DNA of 64,000 nt from Acidobacteriota bacterium (lineage in GTDB: Bacteria; Acidobacteriota; Aminicenantia; Aminicenantales; Saccharicenantaceae), in the NCBI GenBank assembly GCA_028749205.1, contig JAQULR010000004.1:41742-105741 (forward strand). Reading direction: 5' to 3'. The position numbers and the translations under genes are program-made. Below are positions 37,081 to 45,963 of this stretch, piece after piece (position 1 is the stretch's first letter; each line of letters starts with the position of its first letter). The notes under the pieces were generated by a model, which was given only the letters and a program-made list of their open reading frames with translations, was not told where the DNA came from and searched no databases.

Positions 37081-38124
37081 ATGAAGAACAAATCAAAGCT
37101 AAAAATCGCCGACCTGGGAGAATTTGGTTTTATTTCCTGGTTTTCTCCGGCTTTCACCAAAAACCTGCCCCCCCAGCTCACCGGTATCGGCGACGATTGC
37201 GCCGTAATTCCCTGGCGAGGAACAAAAAGGCTCTTAGTAACCACTGATTTGCTAATCGATGGAGTACATTTCTTAAAGGATAAAATTTTACCGGCCGATT
37301 TAGGCTATAAATCCTTAGCCGTCAACCTGAGTGATATTGCCGCCATGGGGGGAACTCCTCGCTGGGCTTTTCTATCAGCAGCCATCCCGCCCGAAACCGA
37401 GATGACCTGGTTAAAAGCCTTCTTCAGTGGCTGGCGTCATCTGAGCTCCAGGACGGAGGTTTACCTTCTCGGCGGAGATACCACCCGATCCCATAACAAC
37501 CTGGTAATTAACGTAGTCGTCCTGGGGGAAGCCCAGGAGAAATTAATCAAATATCGCTCAGGAGCCAGACCCGGGGATCTCGTAGCTGTAACCGGTAACC
37601 TGGGGGATTCCGAAGGTGGGTTAAGGCTTATCTTACAGAATTCGAGGAAACACCAGTTGACTTCCCGAGAGAAATATCTTATCCGCCGCCATTACCTTCC
37701 CCGCCCCCAGCTTGAAGAAGGACAGTTCCTGGCCCACCAGCCTGAGGTCCGGGCCATGATGGATATCTCGGACGGTATCGACTCCGACCTCAGAAGAATA
37801 ATGGAAAGTTCTGGGTGTGGAGTGAAAATCAATCTGGAAAACCTACCAGTCTCGCCGGCTCTTCGCCACTGCTGTCGGAAATATGGCTGGAATCTGGAAG
37901 AAGTGGCGGCGGCTGGAGGGGAGGATTATTGCTTGCTTCTCACCGTTAACCCGAAGAACTTTTCAACCTTAGCCGCCAGATTTTACCGCCGGTTTGGCCG
38001 TAGACTCCGAGCCATCGGGACAATAACTGCCAATAGAGGAAAATTAGTATATCTAAAAGAGAACCGCCTGGTTAAGCTCAAGAAAACCGGCTATGACCAC
38101 TTCAGCCTGCGGTCTAAGCCTTGA
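37081..38124 (+). CDS. thiL: Thiamine-monophosphate kinase
   Basis: AIR-synthase-like fold motifs (GDDCAVI, DLLIDGVHF, GGDT). It completes the thiMEL cluster. Confidence 0.85.
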   Translation: MKNKSKLKIADLGEFGFISWFSPAFTKNLPPQLTGIGDDCAVIPWRGTKRLLVTTDLLIDGVHFLKDKILPADLGYKSLAVNLSDIAAMGGTPRWAFLSAAIPPETEMTWLKAFFSGWRHLSSRTEVYLLGGDTTRSHNNLVINVVVLGEAQEKLIKYRSGARPGDLVAVTGNLGDSEGGLRLILQNSRKHQLTSREKYLIRRHYLPRPQLEEGQFLAHQPEVRAMMDISDGIDSDLRRIMESSGCGVKINLENLPVSPALRHCCRKYGWNLEEVAAAGGEDYCLLLTVNPKNFSTLAARFYRRFGRRLRAIGTITANRGKLVYLKENRLVKLKKTGYDHFSLRSKP

Positions 38125-38138
38125 TTTAAAGACCGCAG
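38107..38138 (+). terminator. Stem-loop spanning the thiL stop codon (weak terminator candidate)
   Basis: CTGCGGTCT-14 nt-AGACCGCAG gives a 9 bp perfect stem. The downstream sequence is A/T-rich but is not a clean U-tract. Confidence 0.3.
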
Positions 38139-38254
38139 AATAAAATATCTTCTCTTAATCTCTTAAAGGAATCTGCTTTGGACCTCTTATTGTCTTTTAT
38201 TCAGGTTCCTTTTACTCATTTTCTAATAAAACAGACCAATATTAAGACAACTTT

Positions 38255-38660
38255 GTGCCCGAGTCTCCCCTAACGCCCCCTGAGGAACCGGTACATTACA
38301 TATTTTAAAACCTCTGAAGCAATTTCTCCATGGGAATCAGCGAGATATTTAGGTATTCATTGGTTCCAATTCTCCCCTTGGCCTCCTTGAGAACCAGTCC
38401 CGTCGGCCCCTGCGCCGTCTTAGCTGGCGGGTCCTCCCTCCCCTGTGGAGTCCAATGGAGAAACTCGAACTTCTTCTTTGCTATCCGGCCCCGTGGGAAA
38501 CCATTACTTTTATGTCTTGTCCCTGAGGTATCAACTTAGCCAGGTTGATTTCTAATTGGCGCCTAATACATCGGGGTATTAAATGGTATTTAGAGACCTG
38601 AGTTTCCCCTCAGGCCTCTTGGGGAACGAGAGTTGAGTGTTTCGTGTTATTTCCCGCGGG
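38255..38660 (-). ncRNA. Candidate structured non-coding RNA of unknown family
   Basis: About 400 nt between convergent genes, more GC-rich than its flanks, with no credible ORF. Hairpins and helices seen:
- 38592-38619: 11-bp stem in which a plus-strand A-C mismatch becomes a G-U pair only on the minus strand.
- 38530-38549: second hairpin.
- 38323-38335 pairs with 38451-38463: a 13-nt long-range inverted repeat with one mismatch.
The minus strand is the G-rich strand. Confidence 0.35.
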
Positions 38661-38664
38661 GTTT

Positions 38665-41352
38665 TCAGGGCAACTCATTTAGAGAGTTAAAATCAATAAC
38701 CCTGGTTTTTTCCACAGTACCCGGCAAGGAGGCTATTCCTTTAATTTCCTTCCAGTGCTCTGTGCCCGGTTCACCGCAGCGGACGGTATAATTTCCGGCT
38801 CTGAAAACAACCGGCCGGAACTCTGTGCCCGAAATCCTCAGGCTGTAAACAATCTGACCAGTTCTCTCTTCAACCACCTGAACCACTGGATTTTCCAGGC
38901 CCTTTATTTTGAGGACCGGAAGGTAGGCTACCGGCTTCCGGCCTTCATTCTCCAATTGAGCAAAGGCCACCGGCCAGCCGGGATAAAGTTTCAATTCAGA
39001 GATCTCTGTATCCTCAGGACGTTTCAGGCTCTCAAAGGTTATCCGTCTGGTGGTTCTATCAAAAGTTACCAATCCAAAACCAGCCGGACCTTTATCGAAG
39101 GATAGCTGTTCTCCCTCCACCGGATTGGTTACAACTTGCAGGCTGAACCTGTTGCCGAAGGCATCTTCAAAGCTGCCTGTTGCCTGAGGTTCTTTTATGG
39201 CCGCCAGTCGGCCAGAGGGTTTTGGCATCCAGCGGACTGCCAGGCTGCTCACTATGGGTGGTGGGACAAAGGCCCAACTGGCTTCAGCTGATTTTTCCAG
39301 CCCGTATTGTAAGGCAGCCGTTGGGCCTCCTGAGCCAGCGATCTGAACAGCTAAGCCCTGGCGGATAATCCTCAAAGCCTCGTCTCGAGCTGATGGCGGC
39401 CAGCCACCTGAATTGAAGTCAGCTGCCGGTCGGTCATCAGGCGGATATTCTCCTTTTTTAATTGAGGCCAATTTCCACAGGGCTTCCTCTCCCCTCATCC
39501 CTTCTGGCAGAGTCAGCAACGAAACCCAGACTGATTGAGAAAGCACGGCCTTCATCCAGACATCTGAAGACCAGTCAGTTACCCACTCTTTAAGAAAGTC
39601 AAGCTGCTCCTGACCATGGAGCCAGGCCTCTTTCACCCGAGTCTTTTTTTTGAGGTCAAAATCCGGATTTAAGGCCCAGCCATTTCTTATCTGAGCTTCA
39701 GGAAGCAACGGAGCTGGGGCTGACCTGAAGGTCCGGTCATCAATTATCGCCAGGCTGAGACCAGCATACCTGACTTCACAGAAATAGGAATTAATTTTAT
39801 CTTCAGTTGAGCGACTGCCCGGTCCAGGTGGTAGATGACAGGTCTGGGTTTTAAAAACCAGTTGGACAAATTCTTCAGGCATTAAGAATCCCCCACTATC
39901 CTGAGCCGCTATCCAATCAGAATCTGGAATCTCCTCTATCAGCCGGCCATTTTCACCCCAGAGTTTGGTCTGGAAAAAATCTCGGGCATCAGGAATGATT
40001 ATTGCAGGTCTATCTTTAAGCAGGTCAGCAAAAGCCCAGCCAAAAAGCAGCCATTGCCTTAGATATTCCTGCTTAGCCTCCTTCAGGGTGAATCTTTCCC
40101 GAAAGAAAGACGCCGGCCGGCCGTAAACCTGGTTGCCGCCAAAAAAAACCAGGTCTGGATCCAGTTTTTTTACTGCCTTAACCAATCCTGAATGGGGGTA
40201 GCCAGCCTCCTGGTTTCCGCTCAGCACCGCCAGCCGCAGACGGTCACCGGTCAACAATTCTTTTCTTATCACCCCCATAGGAATCCGGCTGCTGGCTGTT
40301 TCCCGCTCGAGACCCTCGACCATCACCCGGAATTCTAAGTCTTCCTCATAGCTCCAGTCTGGAACCTCAAAACAGGCTATCCATGAATTAAGGTCCACCT
40401 CAGCCTCGGCCACTCTATACCAGTAATCATCTTCTCTTATATCCAAAAAAGCTCTGGCCTTCTCAACCAGGCAACCGGGAATCAGCTGAGCTGCTAGTCT
40501 CAAAGTTTTTTGGCTCAGGGTGTAAAGGGTAAAAGCCACCGGTCCCAGGGCTCTGTCTTCAAAACTCTGATAGAGGCTGCCTTCTATCCAGAGATCTTGA
40601 AACCAGCTCACTTCAGCCTCGGGTCTCGGCTTGACTTCAGGCAGGCTGGAGACCAGGGCCAGACCACCCGCAACCCGCTCAGCCGGCAGATTAAAATCTT
40701 TTAGTTCATCGAGAACTCTTCCGGTTTCAGTATCTCTGATAGTCACTTCAAGATTAAATCGGTTGGCAGAAGCTTCCAGAGCCAGCTTTAATTCCAGCCC
40801 CTTTCTCAGAGCCCTTTTGATAGTCTCCTGCTTTTCCCTTGAAGTAACACTCTCCAGTTCCCCGATAAATAGCAAGCCTTCAGAAGTCAAGCCAGCCTCC
40901 AGACCTTGAGCACTGAGGGCGGCTTCACGAAAATCGCCGCTTTTACTTTTGACTCCAAGTCTTAAGCCGAGATAGTTTCTGGCTCTGGGTCTTTCCGGTA
41001 GCTCTGGCACCGAGACTATCATGGTTACTTCAAGGTCGCCTGAACCTCCGGCTACTCCCCCGGTTAAAAGATAAAGATAGCGGTTAGAAGCTCCCACCAG
41101 GCACTCAATCCTTCCCCGGGAGAGACGCCAGTCCTCCAGACGGTGGGCATAGAAATCCGGTCCAATCCAGGGACGGTTTGTCTCCGGGGAAAAGTCCGGC
41201 CTTAATTGACCGGCCCGGGCTGATATAAAAATCATAAAGAGAAAGGCTAAAATAAAAATTAAACTACTAACTGTGGTCCGGCAAATGCTACCAGCTCTGG
41301 CCAATTTTTTTCTGGACAGACCTTCTCTCTTTATAATTGTGCTCAAACTCAT
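38665..41352 (-). CDS. Large membrane-anchored/secreted hypothetical protein with a central region faintly resembling PhoD-like phosphatases
   Basis: 895 aa continuous ORF with an N-terminal TM helix. Segments FFGGNQVYG and IIDDRTFRS are reminiscent of PhoD-family motifs, but the canonical metal ligands cannot be verified by eye. Confidence 0.6.
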   Translation of the reverse strand: MSLSTIIKREGLSRKKLARAGSICRTTVSSLIFILAFLFMIFISARAGQLRPDFSPETNRPWIGPDFYAHRLEDWRLSRGRIECLVGASNRYLYLLTGGVAGGSGDLEVTMIVSVPELPERPRARNYLGLRLGVKSKSGDFREAALSAQGLEAGLTSEGLLFIGELESVTSREKQETIKRALRKGLELKLALEASANRFNLEVTIRDTETGRVLDELKDFNLPAERVAGGLALVSSLPEVKPRPEAEVSWFQDLWIEGSLYQSFEDRALGPVAFTLYTLSQKTLRLAAQLIPGCLVEKARAFLDIREDDYWYRVAEAEVDLNSWIACFEVPDWSYEEDLEFRVMVEGLERETASSRIPMGVIRKELLTGDRLRLAVLSGNQEAGYPHSGLVKAVKKLDPDLVFFGGNQVYGRPASFFRERFTLKEAKQEYLRQWLLFGWAFADLLKDRPAIIIPDARDFFQTKLWGENGRLIEEIPDSDWIAAQDSGGFLMPEEFVQLVFKTQTCHLPPGPGSRSTEDKINSYFCEVRYAGLSLAIIDDRTFRSAPAPLLPEAQIRNGWALNPDFDLKKKTRVKEAWLHGQEQLDFLKEWVTDWSSDVWMKAVLSQSVWVSLLTLPEGMRGEEALWKLASIKKGEYPPDDRPAADFNSGGWPPSARDEALRIIRQGLAVQIAGSGGPTAALQYGLEKSAEASWAFVPPPIVSSLAVRWMPKPSGRLAAIKEPQATGSFEDAFGNRFSLQVVTNPVEGEQLSFDKGPAGFGLVTFDRTTRRITFESLKRPEDTEISELKLYPGWPVAFAQLENEGRKPVAYLPVLKIKGLENPVVQVVEERTGQIVYSLRISGTEFRPVVFRAGNYTVRCGEPGTEHWKEIKGIASLPGTVEKTRVIDFNSLNELP

Positions 41353-41388
41353 CTTATTTTATTTTTTATCAGCTATTCTATTATCATA

Positions 41389-42327
41389 TCAGATCGACGA
41401 GGCCAGGGAAATTAAGGCCCGCATCAGCTTATAGCCTTCCAGAAAATCCTTGGTGGTAAAGGTCAGGGTTCGGGGGCCAATTCGTTTTACTCCAGGAATC
41501 AGCGCTCCAGACTCGGTTTGCTGACTGGTGTGAAAATTTACTTCAAATTGGTAAGGAGGCTTAAGTTCATAGGGTTTAAGAGCCTTAAGTGACGAGACGG
41601 CCTTTTGGGCTCCTTCCCGCAGCTCAGCTAAGACTTTTTCCCTGGGGTAATTTCTGGCTGCCAGTCGGCCGACCGCTTCTTTAACCGGAACTGTGACCAG
41701 AGAATTTCCCAGAAGCTCCTTAGCTTGGCGACAGGTCTCAGTATCACCGGCCAGCATAACCACCGGCACTCCATAATACCCGGCCACCGCCGCATTAATC
41801 CCCAGCTCTGGCATTTCAATCCCGTTAATCTTGATAGAATAGATAGCCGCTCCCGAGATGGTATGGTCCAGAATAGCTGGAGCCGAACCCGCCCTGGCAT
41901 GGTAACCAACAAAAACGCAAGCCCGATAACTGGAATCAATTCCCTCCATCATCGAGAGAGGCTTGGGCGAACCAGAAATTAACTGGGCTCTCGGGTCGAG
42001 CTCGCTGGCAATGATATTGCGCATACTCCCGTGAGAATCATTGACCACTACCTCAGTAGCTCCACCTTCAAAAAGACCTTTAACTACCGCGTTGGTATCT
42101 TCCACCATCCATCTTCTGGCAAGCTGATACTCGGGCGAACTGGCTGAACACTGGTTGCCATGGACCACTCCCCAAATACCTTCCATGTCCACTGAAACAA
42201 AAATTTTCAAGGGCTCTTCTGCAGTAGAGGCAGTGCTGACTTCAGCCTGGGCCACATCCATTAGTACCCAGGGAAGTAAGGCCCATAAAAAGATGATGAC
42301 TGATGACCATCTCAGTTTTTTAGTCAT
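41389..42327 (-). CDS. M55-family D-aminopeptidase (DppA-like)
   Basis: Signal peptide followed by KIFVSVDMEGIWGV and VNDSHG motifs typical of peptidase M55. Confidence 0.75.
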   Translation of the reverse strand: MTKKLRWSSVIIFLWALLPWVLMDVAQAEVSTASTAEEPLKIFVSVDMEGIWGVVHGNQCSASSPEYQLARRWMVEDTNAVVKGLFEGGATEVVVNDSHGSMRNIIASELDPRAQLISGSPKPLSMMEGIDSSYRACVFVGYHARAGSAPAILDHTISGAAIYSIKINGIEMPELGINAAVAGYYGVPVVMLAGDTETCRQAKELLGNSLVTVPVKEAVGRLAARNYPREKVLAELREGAQKAVSSLKALKPYELKPPYQFEVNFHTSQQTESGALIPGVKRIGPRTLTFTTKDFLEGYKLMRALISLASSI

Positions 42328-42781
42328 TCTTTCCTCCTCCTAATAGCAATAATCAGCATTATTTCCTGACAACTGGCCTCTCTTGATAGCCAGGACCTTA
42401 GACAATCAGAGCCTGGCTAATTTTCTAAAACCAGTTTCGGCTGTTAACTTTTTCTGCACCCGGTTCCATTTTAAGAAAACAACAGCCATTATTCCAGAAT
42501 TTTGAATAGCCGGTTCTAAACAGTTTAAGCACCTTGTCATATTATAAAACATTCTATGGACATTTTTGCTTATAAATTAGTTTTTAGTTGTCCTTTCCAC
42601 AATCCCAGGGACCTAGTCTTTCCAGTCCCTAATCCAACCAAGTAAAATCATAGAAGAAGGCTCGGGGTGAGGTTTTGGCAGGCTAATTAGATGACTTATC
42701 TAAGGAGGCTTCATCAACTGAATTCAGGTGGCTATTTTGCCGGCTTCTGTTATAATTTTCGAGAAAAGAAAAAATTAGATA

Positions 42782-42997
42782 ATGACTGGATTAGCCTTAC
42801 TTTTAGCCCTGGTTTTTTCACCAGTGGCCGCCCTGTCGGCCTATCTAATCACCTATGGCGAATACAAAAAACACTTTCCTGAAGACCCCAAAAGAGCCAG
42901 AAAATTTGCTTTGAACTTCGCCCTAAGCACCATGATTTTTTTTGCTGTACTGATAATCCTGGCTGTTCTAATAATTGGCAGGATGATGCCTAAATGA
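42782..42997 (+). CDS. Small two-TM membrane protein
   Basis: Two hydrophobic helices. ATGA overlap with the downstream GT2 gene. Confidence 0.55.
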   Translation: MTGLALLLALVFSPVAALSAYLITYGEYKKHFPEDPKRARKFALNFALSTMIFFAVLIILAVLIIGRMMPK

Positions 42998-43725
42998 CGA
43001 CTCCTCACAATAGCCTATTTCTGTCTATCATCATCCCGGCTTGCAATGAAGAAAAACGGATTGGTCTCAGTCTGAGAATAATCCTCAACTACCTGGATTC
43101 GAGAAGAATAGCCGCAGAAATCATAGTTGTCGATGATGGCAGCTCAGACCGGACCGCAGAAATAGCCAAAGAGATTCTGGCCCAATGGGCGGATTCTAAA
43201 GTCATTTCTTTTCCTAAAAACCGGGGCAAGGGGGCAGCGGTCAGAGAAGGGATGCTACAAGCCCGGGGAGAGTTGATACTGTTTACCGACTGCGACCTAT
43301 CAACACCAATAGTAGAGCTGGAAAAATTTCTGCCCCTAATCCGAGAAGGTTACCAGATGGTGATTGCCTCCAGAGCCCTTCCGGACAGCCAGATAAAAAA
43401 AAGGCAGAGCTGGTTCCGGGAGCGCTCAGGCCAGGTGTTTAACCTGCTGGTGCGAGGGCTCCTCTTAAAAGGATATAAAGACACCCAGTGTGGCTTTAAG
43501 CTATTTCAAAAAGAAGCAGCTCGGGCTATTTTCAGCCGGTTGCAGACTGAGGGTTTCGCCTTTGATGTTGAGGCCCTGCTTCTGGCCGAGCAACTTGGCC
43601 TGAGGGTGGCCCAGCTGCCGGTCGTTTGGATAAACTCCCCCGAGTCCAAAGTTCATCTGGTCAAAGGCTCGTGTCAAATGCTCTTTGACCTCCTAAAATT
43701 AAGGCTTAAAAAAAAGAGGACATAA
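42994..43725 (+). CDS. GT2 polyprenol-phosphate glycosyltransferase (dolichyl-phosphate glucosyltransferase-like)
   Basis: SIIIPACNEE, VVDDGSSDRT, TDCDLS and DTQCGFK motifs. Confidence 0.8.
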   Translation: MTTPHNSLFLSIIIPACNEEKRIGLSLRIILNYLDSRRIAAEIIVVDDGSSDRTAEIAKEILAQWADSKVISFPKNRGKGAAVREGMLQARGELILFTDCDLSTPIVELEKFLPLIREGYQMVIASRALPDSQIKKRQSWFRERSGQVFNLLVRGLLLKGYKDTQCGFKLFQKEAARAIFSRLQTEGFAFDVEALLLAEQLGLRVAQLPVVWINSPESKVHLVKGSCQMLFDLLKLRLKKKRT

Positions 43726-43742
43726 AATCAGGTCCCTGGTTT

Positions 43743-44210
43743 TTAGGCTTCTGCCTGTTTTTTCTGCCCTTCCTCGATTATCTCCTCCAGCAAACGGCAG
43801 GCGTCTTCTACAAAGCCAGAGCAGTATTTCTTAAAAAGGTTGTTCTCGTTTGCCAGAGCCAGTCCCTGGGGGGTTTTGAGACTGCAACCAATAAGATCAC
43901 TGCAGTTGATCGAACCATGGAGTTCCGTAAATCTCTGACAGAATTTCTGAGCCAGGGTATAAGTCAGGTCCTTGGCGGCTTTATCATCAGCTCGGCTCCG
44001 GCCAAAATTCAGTCCGATTATCAGAAGAGCCCCGGTCACAGCTCCACACAGAAGCCCCATATGGGAAATCCCACCTCCTAAGACCTGGGAAAGCTTCAGG
44101 GCTTTTTCCTCTGAAATACCTTGCTCGACAGCATAAGGGGCAAACACTGCTTGGGAACAACTTAATCCTTCCTCAAAAAGTCTTTTGGCCTCTTCCGTTT
44201 TTTTAGACAT
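43743..44210 (-). CDS. C_GCAxxG_C_C family protein
   Basis: CSQAV...LCGAVTGAL...C..C pattern. I moved the start to ATG 44210 (MSKKTEE), which follows an AGGAGA RBS. Confidence 0.7.
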   Translation of the reverse strand: MSKKTEEAKRLFEEGLSCSQAVFAPYAVEQGISEEKALKLSQVLGGGISHMGLLCGAVTGALLIIGLNFGRSRADDKAAKDLTYTLAQKFCQRFTELHGSINCSDLIGCSLKTPQGLALANENNLFKKYCSGFVEDACRLLEEIIEEGQKKQAEA

Positions 44211-44454
44211 TCTATCTCTCCTAATTATTATCTCTGCTATCCACTCTGACAGAAAATTAAAATTCAAAGCTGTCTCAAGATGAAAGCTTTTATCTTACTT
44301 TATTAGCATTCACTTGGTCAACCGGCCAGGTTGGCACCCGAATCTTCGAGGTGGACAAAGGGTTGACCTTTTAGTTTTCAGTATGTTAGTCTAAGTTTTA
44401 TTCGCCCAGGTTGGCCGACATCATTGGCGAATAATCCAGGTTAGTGTCAGATAA

Positions 44455-45210
44455 ATGGAGAAACTTATTATGAATCCAGAGCCAGGACCAAATCAAAATT
44501 ATTATCATAATTATTCTAAAAAAACCTGGCCAGAGCAGAAAAGCACCGTCCGGTTATTTCTTGGATTGGTCCTGCCACTTTTGTTGGCCTTTCTTTTAGC
44601 CAGCACCACAGATTGCCATCAACCAAAACCCAGACCTGAAACCTGGGCCCAGCCTGTCCAGGTTGAAGGAGCCGAAAATCTTTATAAAGTTTCAGATCTT
44701 CTCTACCGCTGTGCTCAACCTACTGAACTCGGCTTCCAGGAGCTCGAAAGACTCGGGATAAAAACCATCATTAATTTGCGGAGTGAGCATTCAGACCAGG
44801 AGCTGCTGGCCGGAACCAACCTTAAATATATTGAAATTCCTTCTAAGGCCACTGAAGTTCAGGAAGGAGACCTGTTGCAATTCCTAAAAATAGTAACCAA
44901 CCCTGATGATGGGCCTTATGCAGTTCACTGTCGTCACGGGGCTGACCGGACTGGATTGTTTGTGGCCGTTTATCGAATCGTCGTTCAGGGCTGGCCGAGA
45001 GAGGAGGCTATCCGGGAAATGCAGAAAGGCGGTTTCGGTTTTCATAATACCTACACCAATATCGTCAAGTACCTGCAGATCTTTGACCCAGAAAAATTCC
45101 GCCGGGCCTTACAGGAGCAACCTCAGCCCAGAAAAGACCTGCAGCCCGAAGCCGGAGGAGAGTGCCTTCGCAGCCAGCAGGCTGGCTGGTGGGCCGGAGT
45201 AGAAGTTTAG
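44455..45210 (+). CDS. Cys-based protein tyrosine/dual-specificity phosphatase family protein
   Basis: CX5R active site HCRHGADRTG. N-terminal hydrophobic anchor. An alternative start is ATG 44470. Confidence 0.75.
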   Translation: MEKLIMNPEPGPNQNYYHNYSKKTWPEQKSTVRLFLGLVLPLLLAFLLASTTDCHQPKPRPETWAQPVQVEGAENLYKVSDLLYRCAQPTELGFQELERLGIKTIINLRSEHSDQELLAGTNLKYIEIPSKATEVQEGDLLQFLKIVTNPDDGPYAVHCRHGADRTGLFVAVYRIVVQGWPREEAIREMQKGGFGFHNTYTNIVKYLQIFDPEKFRRALQEQPQPRKDLQPEAGGECLRSQQAGWWAGVEV

Positions 45211-45262
45211 TGATGGGCAGTGGTGGGGACAACCCCGAAGTAAAATAATAAATCTAAAAAGA

Positions 45263-45340
45263 TAGCCAAAAAAATAAAAAAGCCAGGTATCTTACCTTAT
45301 TCCTGGCCCAAGGCCAGGAAGGACAGCTTAATACCTGGCT
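45263..45340 (-). terminator. Compound rho-independent terminator of the RRM-protein gene
   Basis: Read on the minus strand, the outer stem GCCAGGTAT/ATACCTGGC encloses the perfect hairpin TTCCTGGCC-ttg-GGCCAGGAA. It is followed by TTTTTTATTTTTTT. Confidence 0.75.
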
Positions 45341-45387
45341 TCTGGTATTGCCTTAAGCTAATAACTTATTCTTATAGATAGACTTGG

Positions 45388-45696
45388 TTAATAGCGCCGG
45401 CCACCGGATGATCCGCGACCACGTCCGCCACCGAAACCACTGCGCGGCCTATCGGTCCGCGGCCTGGCTTCGTTAACGGTAGCAGCCCGGCCCTTCAGGC
45501 TTTTGCCATTCAAACCGTCGATAGCGGCCCGGGCTTCTTCCTGGTTAGGCATTTCCACGAAGCCGAAGCCTCGGGATTCTCCGGTGTAGCGATCCTTGAT
45601 AATGGATGCACTGTTGACCGTACCGAAAGCTTCAAAAGCTTCTCTGAGCTCGCTCTCGGTCAGGTCTCTGGAAAGATTTCCAACGTAGATGTTCAT
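45388..45696 (-). CDS. RRM-type RNA-binding protein with an RGG-rich tail
   Basis: RNP-2 IYVGNL and RNP-1 RGFGFVEM motifs. The C-terminus is GGGRGRGSSGGRRY. Confidence 0.9.
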   Translation of the reverse strand: MNIYVGNLSRDLTESELREAFEAFGTVNSASIIKDRYTGESRGFGFVEMPNQEEARAAIDGLNGKSLKGRAATVNEARPRTDRPRSGFGGGRGRGSSGGRRY

Positions 45697-45963
45697 ACTC
45701 TACTCTCCTTAAAAATTTCCGTTATAAAGGAGAGGAGTATGACCGATAAGGGCCCGTGCCCTCTTCCTTTATAATCGAGCAGTCGTATTATAGCATATAA
45801 ATAAAATAAATAAAGTGTAAAGCCTCTTAGACTAATTAGTATCCCCTTTTAGAAAGGAACGATTTGCTCTATAAGCCAAAAATGATTATTCTATATTAAT
45901 GATGGCGTTGCTCAACAGCTATTCCTTTCTAAAGATCTTGTAATGCCGATTAAGGAGGGATTC

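Noticed and set aside
38330-38539. 69-aa plus-strand ORF inside the GC-rich spacer
   Set aside because: It has low-complexity P/S/L/G-rich composition, no RBS, and lies within a region full of inverted repeats. It is better explained as a chance ORF in a structured RNA locus.
38255-38660. tmRNA, RNase P RNA, SRP RNA or a ydaO-type riboswitch as the identity of the structured region
   Set aside because: There is no GGGG...UUCGAC 5' end, no T-arm with G53-C61, and no ...UCCACCA 3' end (tmRNA). There is no GGAAAGUCCGG or ACAGAA P4 element (RNase P). There is no GGAAGGAAGCAGC domain IV motif (SRP). Only a short ACCCGCCAGCUAAG resemblance to ydaO exists, and there is no downstream gene to regulate. 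This was checked by eye only, so an Rfam scan is still needed.
45225-45236. GGGGACAACCCC just after the phosphatase stop as a mini version of the palindrome family
   Set aside because: It has only a 4-bp stem, lacks the ACAC/GTGT core pairing, and lacks a T-run. It is too short to distinguish from chance.
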